Positions 49,057 to 58,621 of a stretch of 64,000 bases of DNA are shown one piece after another. Origin of the DNA: an uncultured Armatimonadetes bacterium (GTDB taxonomy: Bacteria; Armatimonadota; UBA5829; DTJY01); assembly GCA_963717145.1 (NCBI GenBank), contig OY970325.1, positions 1,440,001 to 1,504,000 on the forward strand, read 5' to 3'. The notes beneath the pieces are model-generated. The model searched no databases and had not been told where the DNA came from. It worked only from the letters and a program-made list of their open reading frames with translations. Position 1 is the stretch's first letter. Each line of letters begins with the position of its first letter. Made by a program: the position numbers and the translations under genes.

Positions 49057-50418
49057 CGTGTTGCCTCATTTAACTTTGTTACCGAAACGCCATTCGTTGC
49101 GTCATTGATAATGTTACCAAGTAGTGTGTTCAAGTATGTCAGATCGGCTCTTGATCGCCGCTCAGGGCCGCGCCTTGCTCGCTTTCGATCTGTCTTTATT
49201 CGGCATCCTGTCAAGCTTTGATGATAGCCTGTGGATGCGTCTTAGTAGCTCCACCGGGTTCGTCGCTCTACGTTCTTTATCGAGGCGATCCTTTGCTTCA
49301 TCGTCAAGCCATCCTTCAACACTTATCAGCTTGCGGTACGGCGTCATCGCAGGCTCATAGCGTTTGATCACTTTACTCCCAATCCGCTCCTTTTCTTTAA
49401 GACGCATCATGGGCTGACAGAAGTTGTGATACGCCACGATCAGCGGATATATCGCCTTTAGTACCGCAAGCTGCTCGTCCGTCTCGAATCGCCGGTAACC
49501 TATAAACTGCCGGACTACGCTCCAGTTCTTCTGCTCTACATGACATTGATCGTTCTTCTTGTAAGGCCGACTGCGCGTAAACGTGATCCTGTGCGCTCGA
49601 CAGTACTTGTTCATGTGATGGTTGATGAACTCGCCGCCGTTGTCGGTATCTATGCCTCTGACTGCAAACGGTGCGCTCTTGGACGCGGACTGCACCGCAA
49701 GCACGGTTCCGTGCTCCCCTCGGCCTTTCATTCCATCAAGCGCTACCCATCCGGTCGCTACATCAGTCATAGTCAAAGTATACAGGAACTCTCCGCTCCC
49801 GTCACCTCCGCAATGACCCACCAAGTCCATCTCGAAGAACCCAGGCTCAGCTTCATCCCAGTCGGCAAACGTCCTCACCGGGATCTGAGACCGAAGCAGT
49901 GTCCCCGGCTTTGTTAAGGTCCTCCCTGTTAGCGATAGGGCAGACCGCTCCTTCTTCATCAACCTGTCGATGCTCGACGCGCTGATCGAGTTAAGCAGCC
50001 TCTCTTCTTCTGGTGTAACCGTTATCTCCCCGAATGACTCCAGTATGGGTAGAAACTCAGTCAGAAACGGCTGCAGACGCTTACCGCACGCGTAGAAACT
50101 CGCAGCCCAGAGTGTCTTCAGCTTGTGGGCTATCGGCTCGTATTTCGACTTCCTTGCGCGTCTCACTGGACTCCTCGCTGGTGGAACTCCTTTCGCGAAC
50201 AGCCTCACCAGCGACTTCCTGTGGTAACCGGTCAATCCCTGGACTTCACTCAATACCAGCTTCTTCTCCGATTTGGTGGCTTTGCCATATTCTTTGCGTT
50301 TGCGCCTCACGACTTCTCTTACGGATGCAGTTGTCATCTTCTCCATGCCTCAGTTTCGGTAACATTCTTATCTGAGGCAACGTTTCCGTTTCGGTAACAT
50401 CGTTCGTGAAGCAATTCG
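49057..50418 (-). mobile_element. Complete IS with rve-type DDE transposase (ISNCY/IS481-like)
   Basis: Ends CGTGTTGCCTCA / CGAATTGCTTCA; two internal TTGCxTCA..TGTTACC repeats per end; 5-bp direct repeat ACGGC at 49052-49056 and 50419-50423. Confidence 0.85.
49162..50346 (-). CDS. DDE transposase, integrase catalytic domain
   Basis: EMDLVGH, DTDNGGEF, RSRPYKKNDQCHVEQKN. Confidence 0.9.
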   Translation of the reverse strand: MEKMTTASVREVVRRKRKEYGKATKSEKKLVLSEVQGLTGYHRKSLVRLFAKGVPPARSPVRRARKSKYEPIAHKLKTLWAASFYACGKRLQPFLTEFLPILESFGEITVTPEEERLLNSISASSIDRLMKKERSALSLTGRTLTKPGTLLRSQIPVRTFADWDEAEPGFFEMDLVGHCGGDGSGEFLYTLTMTDVATGWVALDGMKGRGEHGTVLAVQSASKSAPFAVRGIDTDNGGEFINHHMNKYCRAHRITFTRSRPYKKNDQCHVEQKNWSVVRQFIGYRRFETDEQLAVLKAIYPLIVAYHNFCQPMMRLKEKERIGSKVIKRYEPAMTPYRKLISVEGWLDDEAKDRLDKERRATNPVELLRRIHRLSSKLDRMPNKDRSKASKARP

Positions 50419-50423
50419 ACGGC

Positions 50424-50453
50424 TTGCACATCCTCCCCGTTTTCGTGTATCCT
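50424..50453 (+). promoter_or_regulatory. Sigma-70 promoter candidate for E2 operon
   Basis: TTGCAC-N18-TATCCT immediately after the IS target duplication. Confidence 0.5.
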
Positions 50454-50501
50454 ATGGTGGTGTTTTGGCAATACTACGGCTGAACGTATAGAGGTAGAGA
50501 T

Positions 50502-51866
50502 ATGGCCATCAAGGTTCTACTCCCGATGCTGGGCCAGACGATGGAAGAAGGTACCATCATCCAGTGGTTCAAGCAGGAAGGCGATAGAGTCGAGAAGGGC
50601 GAGCCCCTGCTCGAAGTTATGACCGACAAGGTCAATATGGAGGTCGAGTCCCCGGACGCGGGCATCCTCCGCAAGATAATCGCGCAGCCTGATGAGACGA
50701 TCCCGATCATGGCGATGATAGCGATCCTGGGCACAGCGGACGAGCCGATCGACGCGCTTCTCGCCGATGTTTCGACTCCACCATCCGCTGCCAAGGTGAT
50801 CGAGACCGAAGAGGAGGACGTTCTCTCGTCCACACCGACCGCGCCCGCGCTTTCGATCGAGACGCCCTCATCTTCACCATCCAGAGTGTTCATCTCCCCG
50901 CGTGCCCGCAGGTTGGCGCACGAGAGCGGCGTCGAGGTCGACGCGCTCGTCGGACGAGGCACCGGTCCTGAGGGCCGAGTCGTGGAGAGAGACGTCCGGG
51001 CCTATGCAGCGGAAGTACAGGAGGCCGGATCGGTCAAGGCGACCCCACTCGCCTCAAAGGTGGCGGCCGACAAAGGCATCAACCTGCGAGAGATCGTCGG
51101 CTCGGGCCCGGGCGGCAAGATACTCCGCGACGATGTGGATCGAGCAGTCGCCCCCAGACCCGCGATCCCGGCGCTTCAGGGCCGGGTGATCCCTTTCACA
51201 GGCATGCGCAAGATGGTTGGCGATGCCGTTGCCAGGAGTGCGCAGACCGCGCCCCATGTGACTCTTATGCTGGAAGCGGACATGACGGAGACGGTCAAAG
51301 TCCGCGGCCAGATCCTTTCCGAACTGGAGCTGAAGTACGGAGCCAGGATTTCGTTTACGGATTTCATCGTCAAGGCGGCCGCACGCGCGATCCTGGATCA
51401 TCCGATCGTGAACTCCAGCCTGCAGGGAGCGGAGATACGAGTCTTCGACCAGGTCAACATCGGGGTGGCGGTTGCGATCGAGGGTGGCCTGATCGTCCCG
51501 GTCATCAAGAATGCCGACACCAGGAGCCTCGTCGAGATATCGATGGAGTTGAAGCGACTCGTGGACAAGGCGCGGGCAGGAACACTCTTGCCGGATGAGA
51601 TCAGCGGCGGCACTTTCAGCATCACAAACCTCGGGGGTTACGGCATCGAGGCATTCAACCCGATCATCAGTCCCGGCCAGAGCGCGATCCTGGGCGTGTG
51701 CCGAATCGTGGACAAGCCCGTCGCGATCAAGCGACAGGTTGCGCTCCGTTCGATGATGAACCTCTGCCTGTCATTCGATCACCGGGTGATGGACGGCGCG
51801 CCGGCGGCTCAGTACCTCCAGAGATTGAAGGAACTGCTCGAGTTGCCGTACCAGTTGTTGATTTAG
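50502..51866 (+). CDS. Dihydrolipoamide acyltransferase (E2) with two subunit-binding domains
   Basis: Lipoyl TDKV; SPRARRLA and ATPLASKVA PSBDs; DHRVMDG. Confidence 0.93.
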   Translation: MAIKVLLPMLGQTMEEGTIIQWFKQEGDRVEKGEPLLEVMTDKVNMEVESPDAGILRKIIAQPDETIPIMAMIAILGTADEPIDALLADVSTPPSAAKVIETEEEDVLSSTPTAPALSIETPSSSPSRVFISPRARRLAHESGVEVDALVGRGTGPEGRVVERDVRAYAAEVQEAGSVKATPLASKVAADKGINLREIVGSGPGGKILRDDVDRAVAPRPAIPALQGRVIPFTGMRKMVGDAVARSAQTAPHVTLMLEADMTETVKVRGQILSELELKYGARISFTDFIVKAAARAILDHPIVNSSLQGAEIRVFDQVNIGVAVAIEGGLIVPVIKNADTRSLVEISMELKRLVDKARAGTLLPDEISGGTFSITNLGGYGIEAFNPIISPGQSAILGVCRIVDKPVAIKRQVALRSMMNLCLSFDHRVMDGAPAAQYLQRLKELLELPYQLLI

Positions 51867-51877
51867 GAATGTTTTCA

Positions 51878-52627
51878 ATGAACCTTGATATCGATCTTCA
51901 CACTCACACGTATCACTCACCGTGCGGGCAGGCGGAAATGCTCCCGGCCGAGATAGTCCGGGTTGCAGCGAAGAAGGGAATCACTTCGCTTGCGATCACG
52001 GACCATTACTACGAGTTTACCGACCGAGGCATCTTCGACAAGATCAGAGAATCGGTGACTGCGGTCCGACGCAACCTGACGAACCCGCCTGAGGTATACT
52101 TCGGCTGCGAGGCCGAAGTGATGGCTCCGGGACGGACTGCAGGCAGTCAGCAACTCGCCGACAGCCTCGATTTCGTCATGGCCGGGACGACTCACTTCCA
52201 GAACACAGGGGTCACGGACCTCCCGCCGGGCGACGACGAGTTCCGCGCGTTCCACTACCTTCGGAACTTCGAGTACGCGGTGAGCCTGCCATGGGTCAAC
52301 GTCATCGCGCATCCGTTCTTCGTCGTCCCCAGCGTTTGCTCGGTCGAGATACTCGATCACCTGAGGGATTCCGACCTCCTCCCGGCGATCGAGCAGGCGA
52401 GGGAGAACGACGTGGCGATGGAGATCAGCCGGAGAGCGATTTGGCCCGGACAGGAGGGCTTCTCTCTGCGGTTCTACACACTCTGCAAACAGGCAGGGTT
52501 GAAGTTCACGATCGGGAGCGATGCTCATCGCCTCGAGGATGTCGGGAACGTGCATGTCCTCGAGCCGTTCCTCGACGAACTGGGCATCACCGAGGCGGAT
52601 ATCAGGCTGCCGAGCCACAGGGATTAG
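51878..52627 (+). CDS. PHP domain phosphoesterase
   Basis: DLHTHT, ITDH, IAHP, GSDAH. Confidence 0.9.
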   Translation: MNLDIDLHTHTYHSPCGQAEMLPAEIVRVAAKKGITSLAITDHYYEFTDRGIFDKIRESVTAVRRNLTNPPEVYFGCEAEVMAPGRTAGSQQLADSLDFVMAGTTHFQNTGVTDLPPGDDEFRAFHYLRNFEYAVSLPWVNVIAHPFFVVPSVCSVEILDHLRDSDLLPAIEQARENDVAMEISRRAIWPGQEGFSLRFYTLCKQAGLKFTIGSDAHRLEDVGNVHVLEPFLDELGITEADIRLPSHRD

Positions 52628-52699
52628 CAACGATTCGATCCCCCGATGGGGAAACAGGAAAGCGGTGTCAAGCCACCGCACTCCAAAAGGAGGTAACGT

Positions 52700-53701
52700 A
52701 TGCAGAAAGTTGCCGTAATCGGGGCGGGGCATATGGCGAGAGTGCATGGACTCGCCTATGCGAGCATGACGAATGCCACGCCCGTCGCGATCGTCGACAT
52801 CCGCAAGGACGCAGCCGACGAACTCGCCGGGGGCCTCGATGCGCAGGCCTTCACCGATTTCGACGCGATGATGCGGGCCGTCAATCCCGATGTGATCGAC
52901 GTTTGCGTCCCTACCCCATTCCACAAGGATTACGTGATCAAGGCGGCGCAAGCCGGTAAGCACGTCGTGACCGAGAAGCCGATGGGCCGGACGCTCGACG
53001 ATTGCCGGGAGATGATTGCGGCGACCGAAAAGGCCGGCGTCAAGTTCATGGTCGCGCACGTGCTCCGGTTCTTCCCCGAGTTCGCGGCGGCCAAGGCGCA
53101 GATAGACGCCGGCGCGGTCGGCAATCCAGCGATCGTCCGCACCACGAGGGGTGGCGGATTCCCGATGGCGTGGAACGACTGGTATGCTAAGCCCGAAATG
53201 AGCGGCGGGCTCGTGCTCGACCTGATCATCCACGACTTCGACTGGCTACGATGGTGCTTCGGGGATGCCGAGCGCGTCTTCGCCAAAGGACTTGTCGATC
53301 GAGGGCTCGATCATCTCGACTACGCGCTGGTCACGATCCGCTTCAAGAGCGGGGTGATCGCCCACGTGGAGGGCACATGGGCGAATCCATCCGGCTTCAC
53401 CGTGAAGTTCGAGATCGCCGGAGATGCGGGCTTGATCGACTTCTACAACAAGGAAGCGATGCCCCTGAACGTCGCGCAGAGGGACGCCGGTGACTCCAAG
53501 CAGGCCGGCGTCGCGATCCCGGAGAGCCCGACCGCCGAGAATCCGTACTTCCTCGAGCTTCAGCATTTCATCGATTGCGTCGAGGGTGACTGCAAGCCGG
53601 GCATAACGGCGCACGATGGGATGGCCGCGGTCGAAATATCGCTCGCCGCACTCGAGTCGATCAGGACCGGCAAGCCGGTAGAGGTTGGTGCAAGGAGATA
53701 G
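52700..53701 (+). CDS. Gfo/Idh/MocA oxidoreductase
   Basis: GAGHMA, EKP, GGLVLDLIIHDFD. Confidence 0.92.
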   Translation: MQKVAVIGAGHMARVHGLAYASMTNATPVAIVDIRKDAADELAGGLDAQAFTDFDAMMRAVNPDVIDVCVPTPFHKDYVIKAAQAGKHVVTEKPMGRTLDDCREMIAATEKAGVKFMVAHVLRFFPEFAAAKAQIDAGAVGNPAIVRTTRGGGFPMAWNDWYAKPEMSGGLVLDLIIHDFDWLRWCFGDAERVFAKGLVDRGLDHLDYALVTIRFKSGVIAHVEGTWANPSGFTVKFEIAGDAGLIDFYNKEAMPLNVAQRDAGDSKQAGVAIPESPTAENPYFLELQHFIDCVEGDCKPGITAHDGMAAVEISLAALESIRTGKPVEVGARR

Positions 53702-53703
53702 AG

Positions 53704-54693
53704 ATGGCCGTCAAAATCGGGATGATGAGTTTCGCTCACATGCATGCCCACAGCTATGCCGGTTGCGTCAACCAGCTCTCCGAGACGGAACTGGTGGGTG
53801 TCGCCGACCACGACCCTGAGCGCGCGAAGAAGGTCGCCGAGACGTTCCATACCAAGGCGTTCCCGAGCTATGAGGAGCTGCTCCGGCAGGATATCGCCGC
53901 GGTCATCATCGGGTCGGAGAACATCCGCCATCGGGAGCTGACGACGATGGCCGCAGAGGCCGGGAAGCACGTCCTCTGCGAGAAGCCGATCGCCACGACG
54001 ATCTCGGACGCCCAAGGGATGATCGACGTCTGCAAGCGGAACGGCGTGCAACTCATGACCGCCTTCCCGTGCCGATACTCGCCCGCGATGGTCCGCCTGA
54101 AGGCGCTTGTCGACGGCGGCACGATTGGCGAGGTCCTCGCCATCAGGGGCACGAACCAGGGACGGATGCCCGGCGGATGGTTCATCGAGAAGGACAAGAG
54201 CGGCGGAGGCGCGGTAATCGATCATACGGTCCACGTGGCCGACCTCATGCGCTGGCTGCTCCGCAGCGAGCCGTCGGAGGTCTACGCAGAGATCAGCAAC
54301 GCCATGCATCACGAGGGGTACGACGATGTCGGGCAGTTGACTATCACATTCGACAACGGAGTGTTCACGAGCCTCAACACGAGTTGGTCGCGCCCGAAGA
54401 GCTTCCCGACCTGGGGAGACGTCACGATGGAGATCACAGGCATGAACGGCGTGGTCTCGTTGGATATGTTTGCTCAGGATTTTGCCATATACTCCGACAA
54501 AGCTATGTCAACGAGTTGGAACTTCTGGGGGGACAACATCGACTTGCTGATGATTCGGGACTTCGCGTCCTCGGTGGCGAACGGCACGCCGGTGAACGTC
54601 ACTGGTGAAGACGGACTCCGCGCCGTCGAGGTCGCACTCGGCGCCTACCAGTCCGCCGAGATCGGCGTCCCCGTGAAGCTTCCGTTGGGATAG
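53704..54693 (+). CDS. Gfo/Idh/MocA oxidoreductase
   Basis: CEKP, GGGAVIDHTVH. Confidence 0.92.
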   Translation: MAVKIGMMSFAHMHAHSYAGCVNQLSETELVGVADHDPERAKKVAETFHTKAFPSYEELLRQDIAAVIIGSENIRHRELTTMAAEAGKHVLCEKPIATTISDAQGMIDVCKRNGVQLMTAFPCRYSPAMVRLKALVDGGTIGEVLAIRGTNQGRMPGGWFIEKDKSGGGAVIDHTVHVADLMRWLLRSEPSEVYAEISNAMHHEGYDDVGQLTITFDNGVFTSLNTSWSRPKSFPTWGDVTMEITGMNGVVSLDMFAQDFAIYSDKAMSTSWNFWGDNIDLLMIRDFASSVANGTPVNVTGEDGLRAVEVALGAYQSAEIGVPVKLPLG

Positions 54694-54754
54694 GGAGTAT
54701 GGGGGTATGGGAGTGTGGGAGTCCGGAGCGCCCATTCTCCCATTCTCCCACTCC
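54693..54754. repeat. Inverted 8-mer tandem array
   Basis: gggagtatgggggtatgggagtgtgggag..cccattctcccattctcccactcc. Confidence 0.65.
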
Positions 54755-54768
54755 GCCGAGGTCTGCTC

Positions 54769-54921
54769 TTGTTCTGTCCGAAGTGTCGAGTGAAGATGAA
54801 AGAGGAGCCGCGCAGCTTCCATAAGAAACGCAAGTGGATCTGCCCCAAGTGCGGCAAGGCCCGCATGCAGAGCCCGAAAGAGACCGACCACGGAGGCACG
54901 GAGAAAGGCCGCTCAGTATGA
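54769..54921 (+). CDS. 50-aa basic zinc-ribbon protein
   Basis: GAGGT RBS, TTG start; FCPKC..WICPKCG; ATGA overlap with next gene. Confidence 0.65.
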   Translation: MFCPKCRVKMKEEPRSFHKKRKWICPKCGKARMQSPKETDHGGTEKGRSV

Positions 54922-56864
54922 CACGCCCATTCCCACTCATACTCCTACTCATACTCATACTCCCGCATCCCACGCTCCAAGCCGCCGACGGGCCCGCCCT
55001 GCCCTACTTCACCATCACGGTCGTAGATGACGTGACCGGGCGGGGCGTCCCCCTGGTCGAGCTGACGACGACGAATCACCTCCGATACGTCACGGACAGC
55101 AACGGCATCGTCGCCTTCTACGAGCAGGGCCTCATGAACACGGATGTCTTCTTCCACGTGAAGTCCCACGGCTACTCATATCCCAAGGACGGCTTCGGTT
55201 ATGCGGGTCTGGCGCTCAAAACGACCGAGGGCGGGCGCGCCGAGATCAAGGTCCACCGCGACAATATCGCCCAGCGCCTCTATCGCATCACCGGCGAGGG
55301 AATCTACGCCGAGAGCCTCCTCGTCGGGCGTCCCGTGCCCCTCAAGCAGCCTGTGATCAACGGCCTCGTGTTGGGCCAGGACTCCGTCTTGACCGCGGTC
55401 TACAAGAACATGGTCTACTGGTTCTGGGGCGATACGAACCGGCCCGCGTATCCGCTCGGCAACTTCCATGCCTCCGGTGCGACGTCCCAACTGCCGGGCA
55501 AAGGCGGCCTCGACCCCGAAGTCGGCATTGATCTGACCTATTTCGTGAAGGAAGACGGCTTCTCCAAAGACATGATGCCGTTCGACGCTCCCGGTCCCGT
55601 ATGGCTCGGCGGGCTTCTGACGCTCAACGACGGCACGCGGGGCGAGCGGCTCTTCGCCATGTATTCGAACGTCGACACCGCGATGAAGGCGCAGGAGATC
55701 GGGATCGCCGAGTTCGACGACAAGAAGGAGGTTTTCGAGAAGATCGAACAGTTCGACCTCGATACGCCGATCCAACCGAACGGCCATCCCTTCAGGGTGA
55801 CGGACAAAGGCGTCGAGTGCATCTACTTCTCGCCGGTCACCCGTGTCCGGGCCGACGTGGCGAGCTACAAGGACCCGTCAAAGTACGAGGCGTTCACCGC
55901 ACTCAAGGAGGGATCGCGCAAGGAGAAGCTGGAGATCGACCGCGACGCTCAGGGGAAGGCCCGGTTCGCGTGGAAGAAGAACACGCCCGCACTCTTCCCT
56001 CAGGACGAGGCGCGTCTGATCAAAGAGGAGAAGCTGAAGCCCGAAGACGCGCTCTTCCACATTCAGGATGTCGCAACCGGAAAGCCGGTGGCCTACCACG
56101 GGGCGTCCGTGAGTTGGAACGAGTACCGAAAGCGCTTCGTGATGATCATGTCGGAGATATTCGGCACGTCGCTCCTCGGCGAGGTATGGTACTTGGAGGC
56201 CGATACGCCGCTCGGTCCGTGGGTCTACGCGCGCAAGATAGTGACTCACGACGCCTACACATTCTACAATCCGCGCCACCACCCGATGTTCGACAAGGAC
56301 AACGGACGGGTGATCTACTTCGATGGGACCTACACCAACTGGTTGACCGGCCATACCAATCACACTCCGAGGTACGACTACAACCAGATCATGTACAAGC
56401 TCGATCTCGCTGATCCGCGCCTCGCACTGCCGGTACCGTTCTATGGATTGAGAACGGCGGGTGCAACTGGGCTTGTGGTCAAGGAAACCATAGTCGGGAC
56501 GATCATCAACCAGTCGGGGGGAAGGGGAAAGCTCACATCGGTAGCCTTCTTTGCGCCTAACCAGCCAATGGAGGGGTGCCGGCCCGTAGTTGGAGCGGGC
56601 GGGCGACTCTCACTGATGCCTCAGGAGAAGTCGGACGCGGCCGACCAGTCCGGGGGGGGCGACCGGCGTCTTGCATTCTATGCCCTGCCCGCCGACACGC
56701 CGAATCCGCCGCCCACGACGACGCCTCTCTACGAATACGTCAGTCCCTCGGGCAGTTCGTTCACATACTTGACCGATCCGGCGTGGAGACAGGAGGGATT
56801 CGTCCGCGCCGAGAAACCGCTCTGCCTCGTCTGGAAGAACCCGATGACGGTGCGCCTGCCATAA
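54918..56864 (+). CDS. Secreted hypothetical protein (beta-propeller/hydrolase-like)
   Basis: Signal peptide LQA|AD; VYWFWGDT, EADTPLGPW, FYNP..HP. Confidence 0.75.
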   Translation: MTRPFPLILLLILILPHPTLQAADGPALPYFTITVVDDVTGRGVPLVELTTTNHLRYVTDSNGIVAFYEQGLMNTDVFFHVKSHGYSYPKDGFGYAGLALKTTEGGRAEIKVHRDNIAQRLYRITGEGIYAESLLVGRPVPLKQPVINGLVLGQDSVLTAVYKNMVYWFWGDTNRPAYPLGNFHASGATSQLPGKGGLDPEVGIDLTYFVKEDGFSKDMMPFDAPGPVWLGGLLTLNDGTRGERLFAMYSNVDTAMKAQEIGIAEFDDKKEVFEKIEQFDLDTPIQPNGHPFRVTDKGVECIYFSPVTRVRADVASYKDPSKYEAFTALKEGSRKEKLEIDRDAQGKARFAWKKNTPALFPQDEARLIKEEKLKPEDALFHIQDVATGKPVAYHGASVSWNEYRKRFVMIMSEIFGTSLLGEVWYLEADTPLGPWVYARKIVTHDAYTFYNPRHHPMFDKDNGRVIYFDGTYTNWLTGHTNHTPRYDYNQIMYKLDLADPRLALPVPFYGLRTAGATGLVVKETIVGTIINQSGGRGKLTSVAFFAPNQPMEGCRPVVGAGGRLSLMPQEKSDAADQSGGGDRRLAFYALPADTPNPPPTTTPLYEYVSPSGSSFTYLTDPAWRQEGFVRAEKPLCLVWKNPMTVRLP

Positions 56865-56880
56865 CACGGAATGCGCTTCG

Positions 56881-56972
56881 TGGAGGGGCGCTTTCCTGCG
56901 CGGTGGCTCGACACGCGGCGACGGCGTCAAGCCGCCCCAGACCAAAGCGACGTCGAGCCGTCGCACTCCATA
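56881..56972. repeat. TGGAGTGCG..CGCTTT-type palindromic element
   Basis: Minus strand TGGAGTGCGACGGCTCGACGTCGCTTTGG with degenerate partner. Confidence 0.5.
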
Positions 56973-56976
56973 TGGG

Positions 56977-57005
56977 TTGACATCGGCGATAGGCTGGTAT
57001 ACAAT
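56977..57005 (+). promoter_or_regulatory. Sigma-70 promoter
   Basis: TTGACA-N17-TACAAT. Confidence 0.85.
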
Positions 57006-57045
57006 CAGGCAACAATTACCGCGTTCTTCCTGAGGGGGTGACGTC

Positions 57046-57123
57046 ATGAAACCACAGTGCTTTACCGCAGCCGGCAAGTTTACTGCACATAAGGCTTTGT
57101 CACATCTCCGGAGGGACGTGTAG
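57046..57123 (+). CDS. 25-aa leader peptide (attenuator uORF)
   Basis: GAGGGGGTGA RBS; MKPQCFTAAGKFTAHKALSHLRRDV. Confidence 0.7.
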   Translation: MKPQCFTAAGKFTAHKALSHLRRDV

Positions 57124-57154
57124 GCTGCCGGTTGAATACATCCAGCTCACACAC

Positions 57155-57182
57155 AGGCCGTCCCGATCGGGGCGGCCTTTTT
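57155..57182 (+). terminator. Intrinsic terminator in leader of methyltransferase gene
   Basis: AGGCCGTCCC-GATC-GGGGCGGCCT-TTTT. Confidence 0.8.
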
Positions 57183-57224
57183 GCATCTGGGTGTTGGGAC
57201 TTACGTGTCTGGAAGGAGGACGCT

Positions 57225-58010
57225 ATGACTCTGTACGATGAGACGCCGGCTGGGTATTATGACGTGTTGTTCACCGGTCTGGAGGGCGATGTGGGGCTCT
57301 ACGTCGAGGAAGCGCAGAGGTCGGGATCGCCGGTGCTCGAACTGGGATGCGGGACGGGGCGCATCGTCATCCCGACCGCCGAGGCAGGGATCGAGGTCAC
57401 GGGCCTCGACGTCTCGCCGTTCATGCTTGATGCGGCGAGGCGCAAGGTGGAGAAGCTGGAGCCCGAGGTGAGAGCACGGATAAAGCTTGTCGAGGGCGAC
57501 ATGCGCGACTTCAGTATGGCCACGGAGTTCCCGCTGATCACGATTCCGTACCGGGCGTTCCTGCACATGCTGACGGCCGAAGACCAACAGCGCGCGCTCG
57601 GCTGTATCCGAGAGCATCTGGCCCCGGATGGTCGCCTGGTCTTGAACTTCTTCGACCCGGGGCTCGACTGCATCCTGGGTGGCATCCATGAGACGAAGCC
57701 TGAGATGACAAAGCGCCATGAGGGGACCGTGCCGGCGAGCGGGCACCGACTGATTTTCTATGACCGCGGCATGTACTACCCCGAGACTCAGTCGATCGTG
57801 CAGGAGAGCGTGTTCGAGGAGCTTGATGGCGATGGGAACGTGATCCGACGGACCGAGGACACGTGCTCGTTCAGGTGGATCTACCGTTATGAGATGGAGC
57901 ACCTGCTCGCGCGCACCGGGTTCGAGGTCGAGGCGCTATACGGCGACTTCCGGCGCGAGCCTTACCGGTACCGCGGCGAGCAGATCTGGGTGGCGAGAAG
58001 GGCATTGTGA
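57225..58010 (+). CDS. Class I SAM-dependent methyltransferase
   Basis: VLELGCGTGR, GLDVS, GDMRDF, HLAPDGRL; AAGGAGG RBS. Confidence 0.92.
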   Translation: MTLYDETPAGYYDVLFTGLEGDVGLYVEEAQRSGSPVLELGCGTGRIVIPTAEAGIEVTGLDVSPFMLDAARRKVEKLEPEVRARIKLVEGDMRDFSMATEFPLITIPYRAFLHMLTAEDQQRALGCIREHLAPDGRLVLNFFDPGLDCILGGIHETKPEMTKRHEGTVPASGHRLIFYDRGMYYPETQSIVQESVFEELDGDGNVIRRTEDTCSFRWIYRYEMEHLLARTGFEVEALYGDFRREPYRYRGEQIWVARRAL

Positions 58011-58039
58011 TTGACCTGTGATACGGGACAAATGAAAGA

Positions 58040-58063
58040 GGGAAGCACCGACTGCTGCTTCCC
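58040..58063. terminator. Hairpin between convergent genes
   Basis: GGGAAGCA-N8-TGCTTCCC. Confidence 0.5.
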
Positions 58064-58096
58064 CTTCCAACTTACCTGCTTGTACTCTCGGCGGTC

Positions 58097-58621
58097 TCAG
58101 TGCCGCCTTCGCCTGAGGGCTCCCGCGAGGCCCACGAGGCCCGCTCCGAGCGCCAGGATCGAAGCCGGCTCGGGAACAACCGGCACCAGGACGCCGAGCT
58201 GCCGACCAACCACGTTGTGGAGGTTGTCAGTGAAGTCCCAGGTTGTCGTTGTGTCGCCGTATCCGGGCTTCACGGTGATCTTCCAAGCGCCTACGTACAT
58301 GTTGCCCCACGTGAAGGGGTTCGTGTTCGTTTGGCACCCGTATGCGCCGCCCTGATATGAGCCGATCCAGTTCTCCGGAGGGATTATGGTTACGAGCCCC
58401 GGAGTCCAGTTCCCCAGGTTCACATGCCAGTCGAAGATCGGACCCGTGTGGTCGTAGTTGCGCACGTAGTCCAACGAGTAGATGTAGTCATACACATCCT
58501 CTTGGGCGTTGTAGATCTTCTGCACCGTGATCGGATCCATCACCGGAGGATCGGCCATAGCAGGCGCCGCCACCGAAACGATGAGCAGGCAGGCCATCAG
58601 TGTAAGATACCTTCGCATCAT
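58097..58621 (-). CDS. PEP-CTERM sorting domain protein
   Basis: Signal peptide AMA|D; C-terminal VPEPASILALGAGLVGLAGALRRRRH; AAGGAGGTGA RBS. Confidence 0.92.
   Translation of the reverse strand: MMRRYLTLMACLLIVSVAAPAMADPPVMDPITVQKIYNAQEDVYDYIYSLDYVRNYDHTGPIFDWHVNLGNWTPGLVTIIPPENWIGSYQGGAYGCQTNTNPFTWGNMYVGAWKITVKPGYGDTTTTWDFTDNLHNVVGRQLGVLVPVVPEPASILALGAGLVGLAGALRRRRH

Noticed and set aside
47608-50418. Composite transposon
   Set aside because: Different IS families, each with its own target duplication, and no cargo between them
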